From Candidatus Multivoradales bacterium (GTDB taxonomy: Bacteria > Acidobacteriota > Thermoanaerobaculia > Multivoradales > JAHEKO01): a DNA stretch of 64,000 nucleotides. A program made the position numbers and the translations under genes. The notes below the pieces were generated by a model. The model was not told where the DNA came from. It saw only the letters and a program-made list of their open reading frames with translations, and made no database searches. This document shows, in pieces, positions 48,811 to 57,952 of this stretch. The stretch lies in assembly GCA_965223855.1 (NCBI GenBank), contig CBDCXM010000009.1:1664001-1728000 (forward strand), given 5' to 3'. The stretch's first letter is position 1. Each line of letters opens with the position of its first letter.

Positions 48811-49995
48811 GTGGCCGGCACGCTGACTCAGCTGCGTGAGTTGGCCGGGGTCGGTCTGCGGGCCGGCCGTGGCTACACACTGCGTTCCCTGGAGGAGATC
48901 AGCTCCGAGGAGCGTGAGGCGCTCGGTGCCGCCGCCGACGATCCGGCGGCGGTGGCGTTGTTGCTTCCCTCCGAGGGGAGCGGGCTGACGGTGAAACTGC
49001 TCGACTCGAGGACAGCGGAACTGTTCCGCTCGCTCGAGTCGTCGGTCTCGCGGAGTGAGCTCGCCGAGGGCCCGCAGGCGATCCAGGTCGCCCGGCTGAT
49101 CGCAGACGGCGTACTGGAGATCGAAACCTCCGACGGGTTCGTCGGTGGGCCGGCGTCGCTCCCCTTTCTCCTGGATCCGGTTCCGGATCCCGACGCCATG
49201 TCGGGGCGGGCGGCCCGCCTTGCCGTCGCGGCGGTCCGCTACGGTGCGAGTCTGGGGAAACTGCCCGCGCCCCTGCTGGCGATGCGGCTCTATCACTTCC
49301 ATCGTCTTCCCGAGTCGCGCGGATGGAGGCGGCGCCTGCCCGACGACGAGGCGGTGGATGCCTATCTCGGGATCAGCGAGGGAGAGACCGGACGACTGCT
49401 CGAGAGCACATGGATACCGATCGCCCGTGACGAGCCGAACCCCTACTGGCGGATCTGGCGGCATCGCAATCCACCGCCGGTGAGGCGACGCAGAAGGGCT
49501 ACCTGGAAGCTGTACGTGAGTCCGCTGCTCACCGACCTCCCCTCCCTTCTGCCGACAGTGGTTCGCGTCCTCGGCGAGCTTCAGGTGCCGAACTTCAAGA
49601 TCGGGCGCGGCCTCGGCGGGCTGCTGCGACCCGACAAGATCGTCTCCTACTACTGGTCGAAGGAGCATGCCGAGCGCACCCTCCGGCGCCTGGCCGCCGA
49701 GTTCGAGGGAGTCGCGGCCCACGGAGTGCCCTTCGCGGCGGTTCCGTCGGGAAACGGGTTGATCTCTCTCGGCGTCGATCCGCCGCGCGAAGAACATGTC
49801 GCCCCATGGCTCGAAGGGGCGAGCTACCGGCTGTGGGTCTGTCGCTTCCTCGCCGCGGCGCTGCGTCCGTGCGCGGCGCGGGGGATGCCGGTCGACGATG
49901 CCGCCCGCTTCGCTCTCTCGCGACTGCACCTCGAGGGTGTCGATGTGGAAAGCTGGACGCCCGACCCTGAGCGACTGGACTTCCTCGATGACTGA
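48811..49995 (+). CDS. Stand-alone phospho-Ser/Thr lyase-like protein (HopA1/OspF-type) with N-terminal RRE-like domain
   Basis: TWKLYVSP, FKIG and RPDKIVSY resemble lanthipeptide lyase motifs (WKLHVS / FK / K.I..Y); overlaps the kinase-LanC gene by 8 nt. Start uncertain. Confidence 0.7.
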   Translation: MAGTLTQLRELAGVGLRAGRGYTLRSLEEISSEEREALGAAADDPAAVALLLPSEGSGLTVKLLDSRTAELFRSLESSVSRSELAEGPQAIQVARLIADGVLEIETSDGFVGGPASLPFLLDPVPDPDAMSGRAARLAVAAVRYGASLGKLPAPLLAMRLYHFHRLPESRGWRRRLPDDEAVDAYLGISEGETGRLLESTWIPIARDEPNPYWRIWRHRNPPPVRRRRRATWKLYVSPLLTDLPSLLPTVVRVLGELQVPNFKIGRGLGGLLRPDKIVSYYWSKEHAERTLRRLAAEFEGVAAHGVPFAAVPSGNGLISLGVDPPREEHVAPWLEGASYRLWVCRFLAAALRPCAARGMPVDDAARFALSRLHLEGVDVESWTPDPERLDFLDD

Positions 49996-52342
49996 AGCGC
50001 TCGATCTGACCGCCGCGTTCGTTCTGCCGCGCCACGCACATCTGACCCCGATCGAAGAGCTTCCGGACGACCAGCGCGAGCAGGTCGGCGGCGAGCCTGG
50101 CGAGTCGGCCCTGACCCTCGCCTTCGGGCGGGCGGGCTCGAAGGTCGTGGACGGACCGACCGCAGAGCTGCTGACCCTGTTTCGAGAGCCGAGGACGATC
50201 GTCGAAGCGGTGATCGAGTTCGCGTCGGCCGAAGGTCTCGATCCCGAGGAGACCCTCGAGGCGGCCTACCCGGTGCTGTCGCGGCTTCTGGCGGCAGGCT
50301 ATCTGGTTCCGGCGGACTCGCCGGCCGCCGATCCGCCGCAACCGCGTTTCTCCCAGGGGGACCGTGTCGGGTCGTGGGAGGTCCGACGATGCATCCGGAT
50401 GATGCTCGATACGGAGATCTATCTCGCGCGCGGCGAAGAGGGTCGGGCAGCGATCAAGGTCGCGAGGGAGGCCGACCGATCTCACCTCGAGAGACGGTTC
50501 GACCGCGAGCGGCGGATCTACGAACTCCTCGATGGACTCGAAGTGGTGCCGAGGTTCCTGGGTAGCGGCGAGGTCGAAGGCAGGCCGTACCTCGTTCTGG
50601 AGTGGTGCGCCGGCCACCCCTCCAACTCGCCTCACGTCCGGTGGGGAGCGACTCGCCAGGCGCATCTCGAGTTCGCGGCTCGGACGCTCGAGGCCTATCG
50701 GCGCCTTCACGAACGCGGCGTGCTGCATGGTGACGTCCACGCCGAGAACCTGATGATCGCGTCCGACGGCGAGGTCCGGCTGATCGACTTCGGTGCCGCG
50801 AAGGTGCTGGACGCCTCCGACGAGCTCGGGCGGGCTCCGAGAATGGGAGTCGCCTACTACTACGAACCGGAGTACGCGGCCGCACTCGCCGCCGGTCGAC
50901 GCGGCCCGCCGGTCACCCTCGAAAGCGAGCAATATCGCATCGCGGCCGTTCTCTACAGCCTCCTGACGGACGCCCACTACCTGGACTTCAGGCTCGAACA
51001 GAGCGAGATGCTCGAGGCGATTCAGACAGACCCGCCGCTGCCGTTCACCCATCACGGTGTAGCGGGTCAGGAGGCTGTCGAGCGTGTCCTGGCGAGAGCG
51101 CTCGAGAAGAGCCCGGAACGGCGGTTCCCCTCCACTTCCGACTTCTGCGAGGCGTTCGCCGAAGCGCTGGACGAAACCCCTGCCGCTCCGGGCCTTTCGG
51201 CCGGACTCCTCGATCAGGCGGAGGGCGTCGTCGCCGAGCTGCTGGAGAACGCGGCCCCGGACGGGGTCTGGGTGCGGAAGGGGCTCGCCGCCGCTCCCCG
51301 CGCCTCGATCAACACGGGAGCTGCGGGCGTCGCGGTCGCGCTCGCCCGGATCGCCGAGATCCGCGATGATCCGGTGGCGCTGGCGACGGCCGACGTCTGG
51401 GTGGCGCGAGCGTTGAGCGATCTGGGCGACCACGAGGCGTTCTTCGGGCCCGACGGCGAGCTGCGCGAAGACATCGTCGAGGAGGTCTCGCTGTTCCACT
51501 ACGAGCCCGGGCTTCATGTCGCCGACGCAATCGTTGCGCAGCTGCTCGGAGATCGGCAGCGAGCCTCGGTGGCCGCTCGTCGCTTCATCCGCTCCTGCTC
51601 GCGCGAGTGGGAGAACCCCGATCTGACGCTCGGTCGGACGGGTGCCCTCATCGGATCCGCCATTCTCGTCGACAGACTCGGCGCCGATGAGTCCCTCCTC
51701 TCCTTTGGCGCCGAAGTCGAGTCGAGCGTCTGGGACTCGCTTCGGCACAAGTCGCCGATCGCCGGGCCCGAAAGCTCGTTCAACCTCGGCCTGGCTCACG
51801 GCTGGGCGGGGGTTCTCTTCGCCTCGATGCAGTGGAGTCGCGTCTCCGGGCTGCCGCTTCGCGACGAAGTGGAAGAGCGCCTCGACCAGCTCGCCGCACT
51901 GGCACAACCTCACGGCCGTGGAGTGCGCTGGCCGTGGTACCTCAAGGGGGAGAACCGAGAGCCTGTCTACATGCCGGGCTGGTGCAGCGGTGCGACCGGC
52001 CACGCGTTGCTGTGGGCGGAGGCGGCGCGGTCGTTCGACCGCGACGCCTATCTCGGACTGGCGAGCGGGTCGGCCTGGTCGGCGTGGAGAACTCCGTTCG
52101 GCTCCGATCACCTGTGCTGCGGTGCTGCGGGTGGCGCCTTCGCGATGCTGCGGCTTCATGGAACGACCCTCGAGCCGGATTGGAAGGTCCGGGCGCAGCG
52201 TCTCTTCCAGAAGTCCCTCGTACCTCCGGCGGAAGAGGCGAACTCGCCCGCCAGCCTCTATCGGGGGCGAACGGGAATCGCCCTGCTTGCCGCCGAACTC
52301 GAGGGGGACGCAGCGGCGCGGATGCCGATGCTCGAAGTCTGA
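49988..52342 (+). CDS. Ser/Thr kinase-LanC cyclase fusion (lanthionine synthetase) with N-terminal RRE-like domain
   Basis: Kinase motifs AAIKV, LHGDVHAEN, IDFG, YYEPE; LanC motifs GAAG, GLAHGWAG, WCSG, HLCCG, LYRG..G. No lyase motif seen in the ~125-aa N-terminus. Confidence 0.9.
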   Translation: MTEALDLTAAFVLPRHAHLTPIEELPDDQREQVGGEPGESALTLAFGRAGSKVVDGPTAELLTLFREPRTIVEAVIEFASAEGLDPEETLEAAYPVLSRLLAAGYLVPADSPAADPPQPRFSQGDRVGSWEVRRCIRMMLDTEIYLARGEEGRAAIKVAREADRSHLERRFDRERRIYELLDGLEVVPRFLGSGEVEGRPYLVLEWCAGHPSNSPHVRWGATRQAHLEFAARTLEAYRRLHERGVLHGDVHAENLMIASDGEVRLIDFGAAKVLDASDELGRAPRMGVAYYYEPEYAAALAAGRRGPPVTLESEQYRIAAVLYSLLTDAHYLDFRLEQSEMLEAIQTDPPLPFTHHGVAGQEAVERVLARALEKSPERRFPSTSDFCEAFAEALDETPAAPGLSAGLLDQAEGVVAELLENAAPDGVWVRKGLAAAPRASINTGAAGVAVALARIAEIRDDPVALATADVWVARALSDLGDHEAFFGPDGELREDIVEEVSLFHYEPGLHVADAIVAQLLGDRQRASVAARRFIRSCSREWENPDLTLGRTGALIGSAILVDRLGADESLLSFGAEVESSVWDSLRHKSPIAGPESSFNLGLAHGWAGVLFASMQWSRVSGLPLRDEVEERLDQLAALAQPHGRGVRWPWYLKGENREPVYMPGWCSGATGHALLWAEAARSFDRDAYLGLASGSAWSAWRTPFGSDHLCCGAAGGAFAMLRLHGTTLEPDWKVRAQRLFQKSLVPPAEEANSPASLYRGRTGIALLAAELEGDAAARMPMLEV

Positions 52343-52365
52343 CCGGTCGCGGCGTCCGGTGGCGG

Positions 52366-54735
52366 TCAGGCCCGCTCGGGTACCCAGGCCAGCCCCACGA
52401 GGTGCACTTCGACGTCCGCACGTCGGGGCCGCAGCTCTTCGGTCGTCAGCTCCTGGTGCATCGGGTCGAGGCTCTCGCGCAGGGCGTCGATCTCGCGTTG
52501 CGCCTCGGCGTCGAGCTCCTGGATCTCCGCCTGAATCGCTTCGATGTCCTCTTCGGCGCGATCGACGTCCTGCGAGTCACGCCAGGAGCGGGTGGCGCTG
52601 CGCATCGCGGTACCGGCGTTGCGGCGCACGCTGCGGCCGAGCACGGCACCGAGCAAGGTGGTGCCGATGTTGACGACGGTGTCGAGCTTCACCTGCCGGG
52701 CCTGCTGCTCTTCCTTCTCGCGGCGTTGCTCGGCTTTCCTGAGGCGCTCTTCGAGCTTCTCGATCTGGCCGGCATACTTGTCGCGCAGAGCGTCGAGCCT
52801 GGCGTCGCGCTCCTCGCGGGTGGCGTGCTGCAGTCGAACGCGGAAGTCGCGCTCGCTCTCGCCCGGCTCGGCCACCAGCCCGAACGCTTCGCTCTCCATC
52901 AGCTCGAGCTTGCGGTTGCGGTAGAGCCACTCTGAGAAGTCCTTCGTCCACGCGCTCCACGACTTCGACTGCGCCGCTTCGGACGGTACCGAGGCGAACT
53001 GGGCATCGGCGACCGGCACCTCCTCGAGACGCGAGGCGGGGACGGCGCTCATCTCGACCCGTTCCCAGTCGACCGGTACCGTGCCGTCGGTCAGCGGCGC
53101 GAGCACGGTGAGCTCCTCGGAGGTGTCGATGTCGTGCTTGCGATCGACGAAGTGCACCGTCGCCGCTCCGACGAGCCGGGGTTCGTAGCGCACCGCCGCG
53201 CCAACGGGAAGATCGCGGGCGGGCAGGAAGTACTGCTCGATGTCGGGATCGAGCACCGGTCTAGCGGAGGCGGCCTTCACCGGCGTGGCGGCTGGAGCTT
53301 CGTCGCGCTCACCGCCGGCGGGCCGCCGCCCGTCCATCAACCTTCGGATCTGATCGCGGGTCATCGGCCCGCGCAGGTAGGAGAGTACCCAGCGGGTCTC
53401 GAACACCACCGGGCCGTCGTCATGAACGTTGTGGAGCAGGAACTTGCGCTTGCCGAGACCGGCGAGGGTCTCCTCCATCTCGCCGCGATCGAAGCGCCCG
53501 GCGGCACCGGCGGAGGCTCCCTCGAGACCGTCGAGCACGCGGTTCTTGTCGCGAGCCGTCTGCAGGCGGCCGATGAACCACGAGCCGGTGTTCGAGAGCC
53601 CCTTGTAGTCGAGGTCGACCGGGTTCTGGGTCGCCAGCACGACGCCGACGCCGTGCGCCCTTGCCTGTTTGAGGAGCGTCAGCAGCGGGCGCTTCGAGGG
53701 TGGATTGGCGACCGGCGGCATGTAGCCGAAGATCTCGTCCATGTAGACGAGGGCGCGCAGGCTGCTGGTGCCCGGCTGCGACCGGGTCCAACCGAGGACC
53801 TGGTTGAGCAGGAGCGAGACGAAGAACATCCGCTCCGAGTCGTCGAGGTGAGCGATCGAGAAGATCGCCACTCGCGGTTTGCCGGTGTCGGTGTAGAGGA
53901 GGCTCTGGACGTCGAGCGACTCCCCCTCCATCCAGGCTGAGAAGCCGGGAGCGGCGAGCAGGTTGTTGATCGTCATCGCCAGCTTGAACCGCTCCGAGGC
54001 AGGGTAGAAGGCGTCGAGATCGATCACACCCACCTTGTCGATCGGCGGATCCTGGAGGCTCTGGATGACCGCCGGCAGATCGAGATCGCGACCCTCGCGC
54101 CATTCGTGGTCGAGGATCGTCGACAGCAGGATGTGCTCGCGGCTCTGGAGGGCGTCCGCTTCGATGCCTACGAAGCCCAGGAGGCTCGAGACCGTCGTGC
54201 TGATGCGGTCGCCGAAGAGCTCGGCGTCTTCGATCACCTCACGCGGTGGGGCGCGGAAGGAGTCGAGGATCGACACCGGGATTCCGGCCGACGAACCGGG
54301 AGTGTAGATCGCGAAATCGGCGGCCTCGCGCAGTCGCCGGATGCGATCACCGTCCTGTCCCCATGAAGCGAGCCCCTTGCGCCACAGCTCGGCCTGGCCG
54401 GCCGCATACTCGGCTGGCGTCAACCCGTCCTTGCGGGCGTCGTCGGCGTTGATCCACGGCTCGAAGTCCTCCGGAGCGAGGTCCGGGAAGGTCAGGAGCA
54501 GGTTGCCGAGATCGCCCTTCGGGTCGATGACGATCGCCGGGACGCCGTCGATCGCCGCCTCCTCGAGCAGACCGATGCACAGCCCGGTCTTGCCGCTGCC
54601 GGTCATGCCGACGCATACCGCGTGCGTCGTCAGGTCCTTCGAGTCGTAGAGCAGCGGCACCCCGGCCGACTCGCCCGACCCGAGGTCGTGCGGCCGGCCG
54701 AGGAAGAACGCCCCCAGCTTTTCGTAGTCCTTCAA
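52366..54735 (-). CDS. HerA/FtsK-like P-loop ATPase (DUF87/DUF853-type) with C-terminal coiled coil
   Basis: THAVCVGMTGSGKT, IDPKGD, YMDE, LATQNPVD. Confidence 0.88.
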   Translation of the reverse strand: MKDYEKLGAFFLGRPHDLGSGESAGVPLLYDSKDLTTHAVCVGMTGSGKTGLCIGLLEEAAIDGVPAIVIDPKGDLGNLLLTFPDLAPEDFEPWINADDARKDGLTPAEYAAGQAELWRKGLASWGQDGDRIRRLREAADFAIYTPGSSAGIPVSILDSFRAPPREVIEDAELFGDRISTTVSSLLGFVGIEADALQSREHILLSTILDHEWREGRDLDLPAVIQSLQDPPIDKVGVIDLDAFYPASERFKLAMTINNLLAAPGFSAWMEGESLDVQSLLYTDTGKPRVAIFSIAHLDDSERMFFVSLLLNQVLGWTRSQPGTSSLRALVYMDEIFGYMPPVANPPSKRPLLTLLKQARAHGVGVVLATQNPVDLDYKGLSNTGSWFIGRLQTARDKNRVLDGLEGASAGAAGRFDRGEMEETLAGLGKRKFLLHNVHDDGPVVFETRWVLSYLRGPMTRDQIRRLMDGRRPAGGERDEAPAATPVKAASARPVLDPDIEQYFLPARDLPVGAAVRYEPRLVGAATVHFVDRKHDIDTSEELTVLAPLTDGTVPVDWERVEMSAVPASRLEEVPVADAQFASVPSEAAQSKSWSAWTKDFSEWLYRNRKLELMESEAFGLVAEPGESERDFRVRLQHATREERDARLDALRDKYAGQIEKLEERLRKAEQRREKEEQQARQVKLDTVVNIGTTLLGAVLGRSVRRNAGTAMRSATRSWRDSQDVDRAEEDIEAIQAEIQELDAEAQREIDALRESLDPMHQELTTEELRPRRADVEVHLVGLAWVPERA

Positions 54736-54826
54736 TGGCTCACCCTCATGGGCTCACCTCCGGGCGTTGCCCTCCTGAAGAGGACGTTTGCGGCGGAGTG
54801 AGCGGGGAAGCGGGGACGCCTGAAGG

Positions 54827-55030
54827 TCAGTCCTTGAGGATGAAGGTGACCTTCATCACCACGCGGTACTCGGTGATGTTCTCGCCGTCGCAGACGATGT
54901 TCTGCTCCTTGACCCAGGCGCCCTGGATTCGATCGAGCGTCTGCGAAGCGCGGGCGATACCGGTGCGAACGGCATCTTCGAAGCTGGTGGGGGAGCTGGA
55001 GCTGATTTCGGTGACCTTGGCTACGGACAT
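54827..55030 (-). CDS. Dodecin family protein
   Basis: MSVAKVTEISSSSPTSFEDAV...GAWVKEQ...EYRV.MKVTF; AGGAG RBS. Confidence 0.92.
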   Translation of the reverse strand: MSVAKVTEISSSSPTSFEDAVRTGIARASQTLDRIQGAWVKEQNIVCDGENITEYRVVMKVTFILKD

Positions 55031-55173
55031 GGCGTCTCCTTGCAACAGTGAATCGGAAGGGAAGTCTTCGACAAAGAGCGAGAAATCTACCACGGCCCTC
55101 CGACGACTCCGTGGCGGAAATCGACGGGCTCGGCTGGGAATAGCGGGCGGCATCGGCCGTATGCGGCTGTAGG

Positions 55174-55779
55174 ATGACCGTTTCCACGCTCATGGTCGAA
55201 ACCGAGGTTCACGACGGCGAACTGGTGCGCGACGCTCGCGCCGGGGACCGCGAGGCGCAGAACGAGCTGGTGCGGCGGTACCGCAACCCGGCGTTCCGCT
55301 TCGCGCTGCAGCTCACCGGCAATCGCGAGGACGCCCACGACGTCGCTCAGGAGGCGATGGTGCGCTTCGTCGAGACCCTCGACCGCTTCGACGACGAGCG
55401 CCCGGTCCAGCCGTGGCTGTTCCGGATCGTGCGCAACAAGGCGTTCGACCTCGGCAGGCGCCAGAAGGTGCGCCGGGCGGAGTCGCTCGACGACCTTCTC
55501 GAGCGTGGCATGCCGGCGCCGTCGCAGCCGACCGTCCACCCGGTCGATCGTCTCGAGCTCTTCGAGCTGAGGCGGCGGGTCTGGGAGGCGCTCGGCCGGT
55601 TGACCGAAGGGCAGCGGGAGATCCTCGTGTTGAGGGAGTATCAGGATCTTTCCTACGGGGAGATCGCGGAAGTTCTGGGAGTGCCGACCGGGACGGTGAT
55701 GTCGCGCCTGCATCGCGCGCGGACCGCCCTGCGCAAACAGCTCACGGCCGCTCCCGACAGTTCGAGGGCAGCACAATGA
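55174..55779 (+). CDS. ECF sigma-70 factor
   Basis: DAHDVAQE, WLFRIVRN, LSYGEIAEVLGVPTGTVMSRLHRAR. Confidence 0.94.
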   Translation: MTVSTLMVETEVHDGELVRDARAGDREAQNELVRRYRNPAFRFALQLTGNREDAHDVAQEAMVRFVETLDRFDDERPVQPWLFRIVRNKAFDLGRRQKVRRAESLDDLLERGMPAPSQPTVHPVDRLELFELRRRVWEALGRLTEGQREILVLREYQDLSYGEIAEVLGVPTGTVMSRLHRARTALRKQLTAAPDSSRAAQ

Positions 55780-56216
55780 CGAAGCATGCAAGCGGGTTCG
55801 ACGAAGTACTCCTCTCCGGCTATCTGGACGGGGAGCTGACACAGGGCGAAGAGCAGCGGGTACGTCTGCGACTGGAGGAGGACGCCGAGGCGCGTTCGCT
55901 CCTCGGAGAGCTCGAACAGATCAGGGCGGCGGCTCGATCGACCGAGCTGCCGGCGCCGAGCGACGCGCAGTGGGACGAGGCGCCGCGCGACGCGGCGAGC
56001 CGCTGGATGCGGCGCACCGGCTGGACGGCAGTCCTCCTGATCGTCGCGGTGCTCGCCGGCCTCGCCGGCTGGGCGTGGTGGACGGCGCCGGAGAGTCCGG
56101 GGATGAAGCTGCTGGCGGCCGGTATCGTTGCCGGACCGCTGCTGCTGCTCGGTTCGGTGTGGCGGGATCGAGTGCGGGTCGGCCGTACCGATCGCTACAG
56201 GAGGGTCAAGAAGTGA
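55776..56216 (+). CDS. Membrane anti-sigma factor
   Basis: ATGA-coupled; LLSGYLDGEL anti-sigma domain without the HxxxCxxC ligands; two TM segments. Confidence 0.85.
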   Translation: MTKHASGFDEVLLSGYLDGELTQGEEQRVRLRLEEDAEARSLLGELEQIRAAARSTELPAPSDAQWDEAPRDAASRWMRRTGWTAVLLIVAVLAGLAGWAWWTAPESPGMKLLAAGIVAGPLLLLGSVWRDRVRVGRTDRYRRVKK

Positions 56217-56533
56217 TCGTGACGACGACGGATGAGGTGGCGGGAAGAAGGATCGCCCGGACGCTGGGGCTGGTGCGCGGCAATACGATCCGTGCCCGCC
56301 ATGTCGGCAAGGACATCACGGCTGTCTTCCGCAACGTGGTCGGCGGCGAGATCAGCGAGTACACGAAGCTCTTTGCCGAGTCCCGGGAGCAGGCGCTCGA
56401 CCGGATGGTCGAGGAGGCGCGCGAGTTGGGCGCCAACGCGGTGGTCGCGGTCCGCTTCACCACGTCGGAGGTGATGAAGGCGGCGGCCGAACTGCTCGTC
56501 TACGGCACCGCCGTCGAGCTGGTCGACGACTAG
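56213..56533 (+). CDS. YbjQ (UPF0145) family protein
   Basis: GTGA-coupled; VGGEISEYTKL..ESREQAL.RM, GANAVVAVRF, YGTAV. Confidence 0.93.
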   Translation: MIVTTTDEVAGRRIARTLGLVRGNTIRARHVGKDITAVFRNVVGGEISEYTKLFAESREQALDRMVEEARELGANAVVAVRFTTSEVMKAAAELLVYGTAVELVDD

Positions 56534-57798
56534 TCGTCGTCGGTCGTATCCGGCTGAGGTGCCGCAGCCGCGGCCGGTTCCGAGCCTCGAACCGGGCTTT
56601 CACGGATCGAATACAGCAACCAGCGCGCATCCCACGGACCGACCGAGATCGGATGGCGCTGGTCGGCGCGGAGGCCGAGGTGGCGCGACCACTCCGGCGA
56701 GCCGCTGAGGACGCCGGCCCTGGCCCCCGGACAGCGTCTGAGGAACGTCCCCAGCGCGCGCCACGCCGCTTCCGGGCCCTCTCCGTCGGCGACGTCGCCC
56801 TCGCCGAGCCGCCCACCCCAGGGAGGGTTGGCGGCGACGAAGTCGATCGGGCCGGGAGGCTCGGCATCGGCCGCATCGGCGACCTTGAAGCGGACGAGCC
56901 GATCGACCCCCGCCTGTCGCGCCGCCTGACGGGCGATGCCGACGGCGCCGGGGTGGACATCGCTGCCTGCCAGGAGCGGTGCCGCTTCCCGGATCCGGAA
57001 GCGGTCCGCGGCCTCCTCTCGAAGCTGTGCCCAGAGCTTTGTCGCAGCGCCGGGGAACCTCTCCGCCGCGAAACTGCGCCCGAGCCCGGGAGCCCGGTCG
57101 GCGAGCCGGGTCGCGGCTTCGAGCACGAACGTGCCGGAGCCGCACATCGGGTCGACGAGCGTCGCCTCGGGCGCCCACCCGAGGAGCTCGAGCAGGCCGG
57201 CGGCGGTCGTCTCCGGGAGCGGGCTCCTGACCTGAACCGGCCGGTAGCCCCGCCGGTGCAGGCTGCTGCCGGCGAGATCGCGGAACAGATGGGCGTCGTG
57301 GTCGCGCACGATCAGCCGGATCGGCACGTCGGGATCGTCCCGGTCGACGTCGGGGCGCGAACCGAGGCGGTCGCGGATGCGATCGACGATCGCGTCCTTG
57401 ACCCGCAGCGCAGCGAAGTTGCGGTCCTTGAGTCGCGAGCGCGACAGTGTCGCCGCGACGGCGAAGGTGTGGCTGCGGCCGACGAGCTCCTCCCAGCGCG
57501 GCGTGGAGGCGAGCTCGTAGAGGGTGTCGGGGTCGTGCACCCGGCCGGTCAGGACCGGCTCGAGCACCCGGACGGCGGTGCGCGACCACAGGAGCGTGCG
57601 GGCCGCCAGAGCTGCGTCGGCGGCGAACAGCGCACCACCCGGTACGACCGTCACGCTCCGCGAGCCCAACGCGCGCAGCTCTTCGGCGAGCACCGCCTCG
57701 AGTCCGCGGGCGCACTGCGCCAGATGACGCAGACGCGACGGGGCGCGGCGCCTTCCCTTCGGTTTGCGCTGCCCCTTCCGATGCGGGCCTCGGGCCAT
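56530..57798 (-). CDS. THUMP domain RNA methyltransferase (RlmL-like)
   Basis: GLEAVLAEEL, SLHRRGYR, DPMCGSGT, NPPWG.R. Confidence 0.9.
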   Translation of the reverse strand: MARGPHRKGQRKPKGRRRAPSRLRHLAQCARGLEAVLAEELRALGSRSVTVVPGGALFAADAALAARTLLWSRTAVRVLEPVLTGRVHDPDTLYELASTPRWEELVGRSHTFAVAATLSRSRLKDRNFAALRVKDAIVDRIRDRLGSRPDVDRDDPDVPIRLIVRDHDAHLFRDLAGSSLHRRGYRPVQVRSPLPETTAAGLLELLGWAPEATLVDPMCGSGTFVLEAATRLADRAPGLGRSFAAERFPGAATKLWAQLREEAADRFRIREAAPLLAGSDVHPGAVGIARQAARQAGVDRLVRFKVADAADAEPPGPIDFVAANPPWGGRLGEGDVADGEGPEAAWRALGTFLRRCPGARAGVLSGSPEWSRHLGLRADQRHPISVGPWDARWLLYSIRESPVRGSEPAAAAAPQPDTTDDD

Positions 57799-57952
57799 GC
57801 GGGAACCCTATCGCGGCGCCACGGGTCTACTCCTCGGGCGGGCGAGGTTCGCCGCCAGGCCTCGAGTCGCCGGCCGCGGGAACTTCGAGCCCGCTGCGCC
57901 CGTTGTAGCGGTTGCCGATGCCGGGAAACCGTGCCGCGCGAAGCGGCCCGTT

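Noticed and set aside
48772-48811. Stop-codon readthrough or selenocysteine at in-frame TGA 48793 upstream of the lyase gene
   Set aside because: The short upstream extension has no motif or evident SECIS; GTG at 48811 is an adequate start.
49988-54735. Anti-phage kinase/HerA defence system
   Set aside because: Genes are convergent, the kinase is fused to LanC, and no nuclease or SIR2 effector is present.
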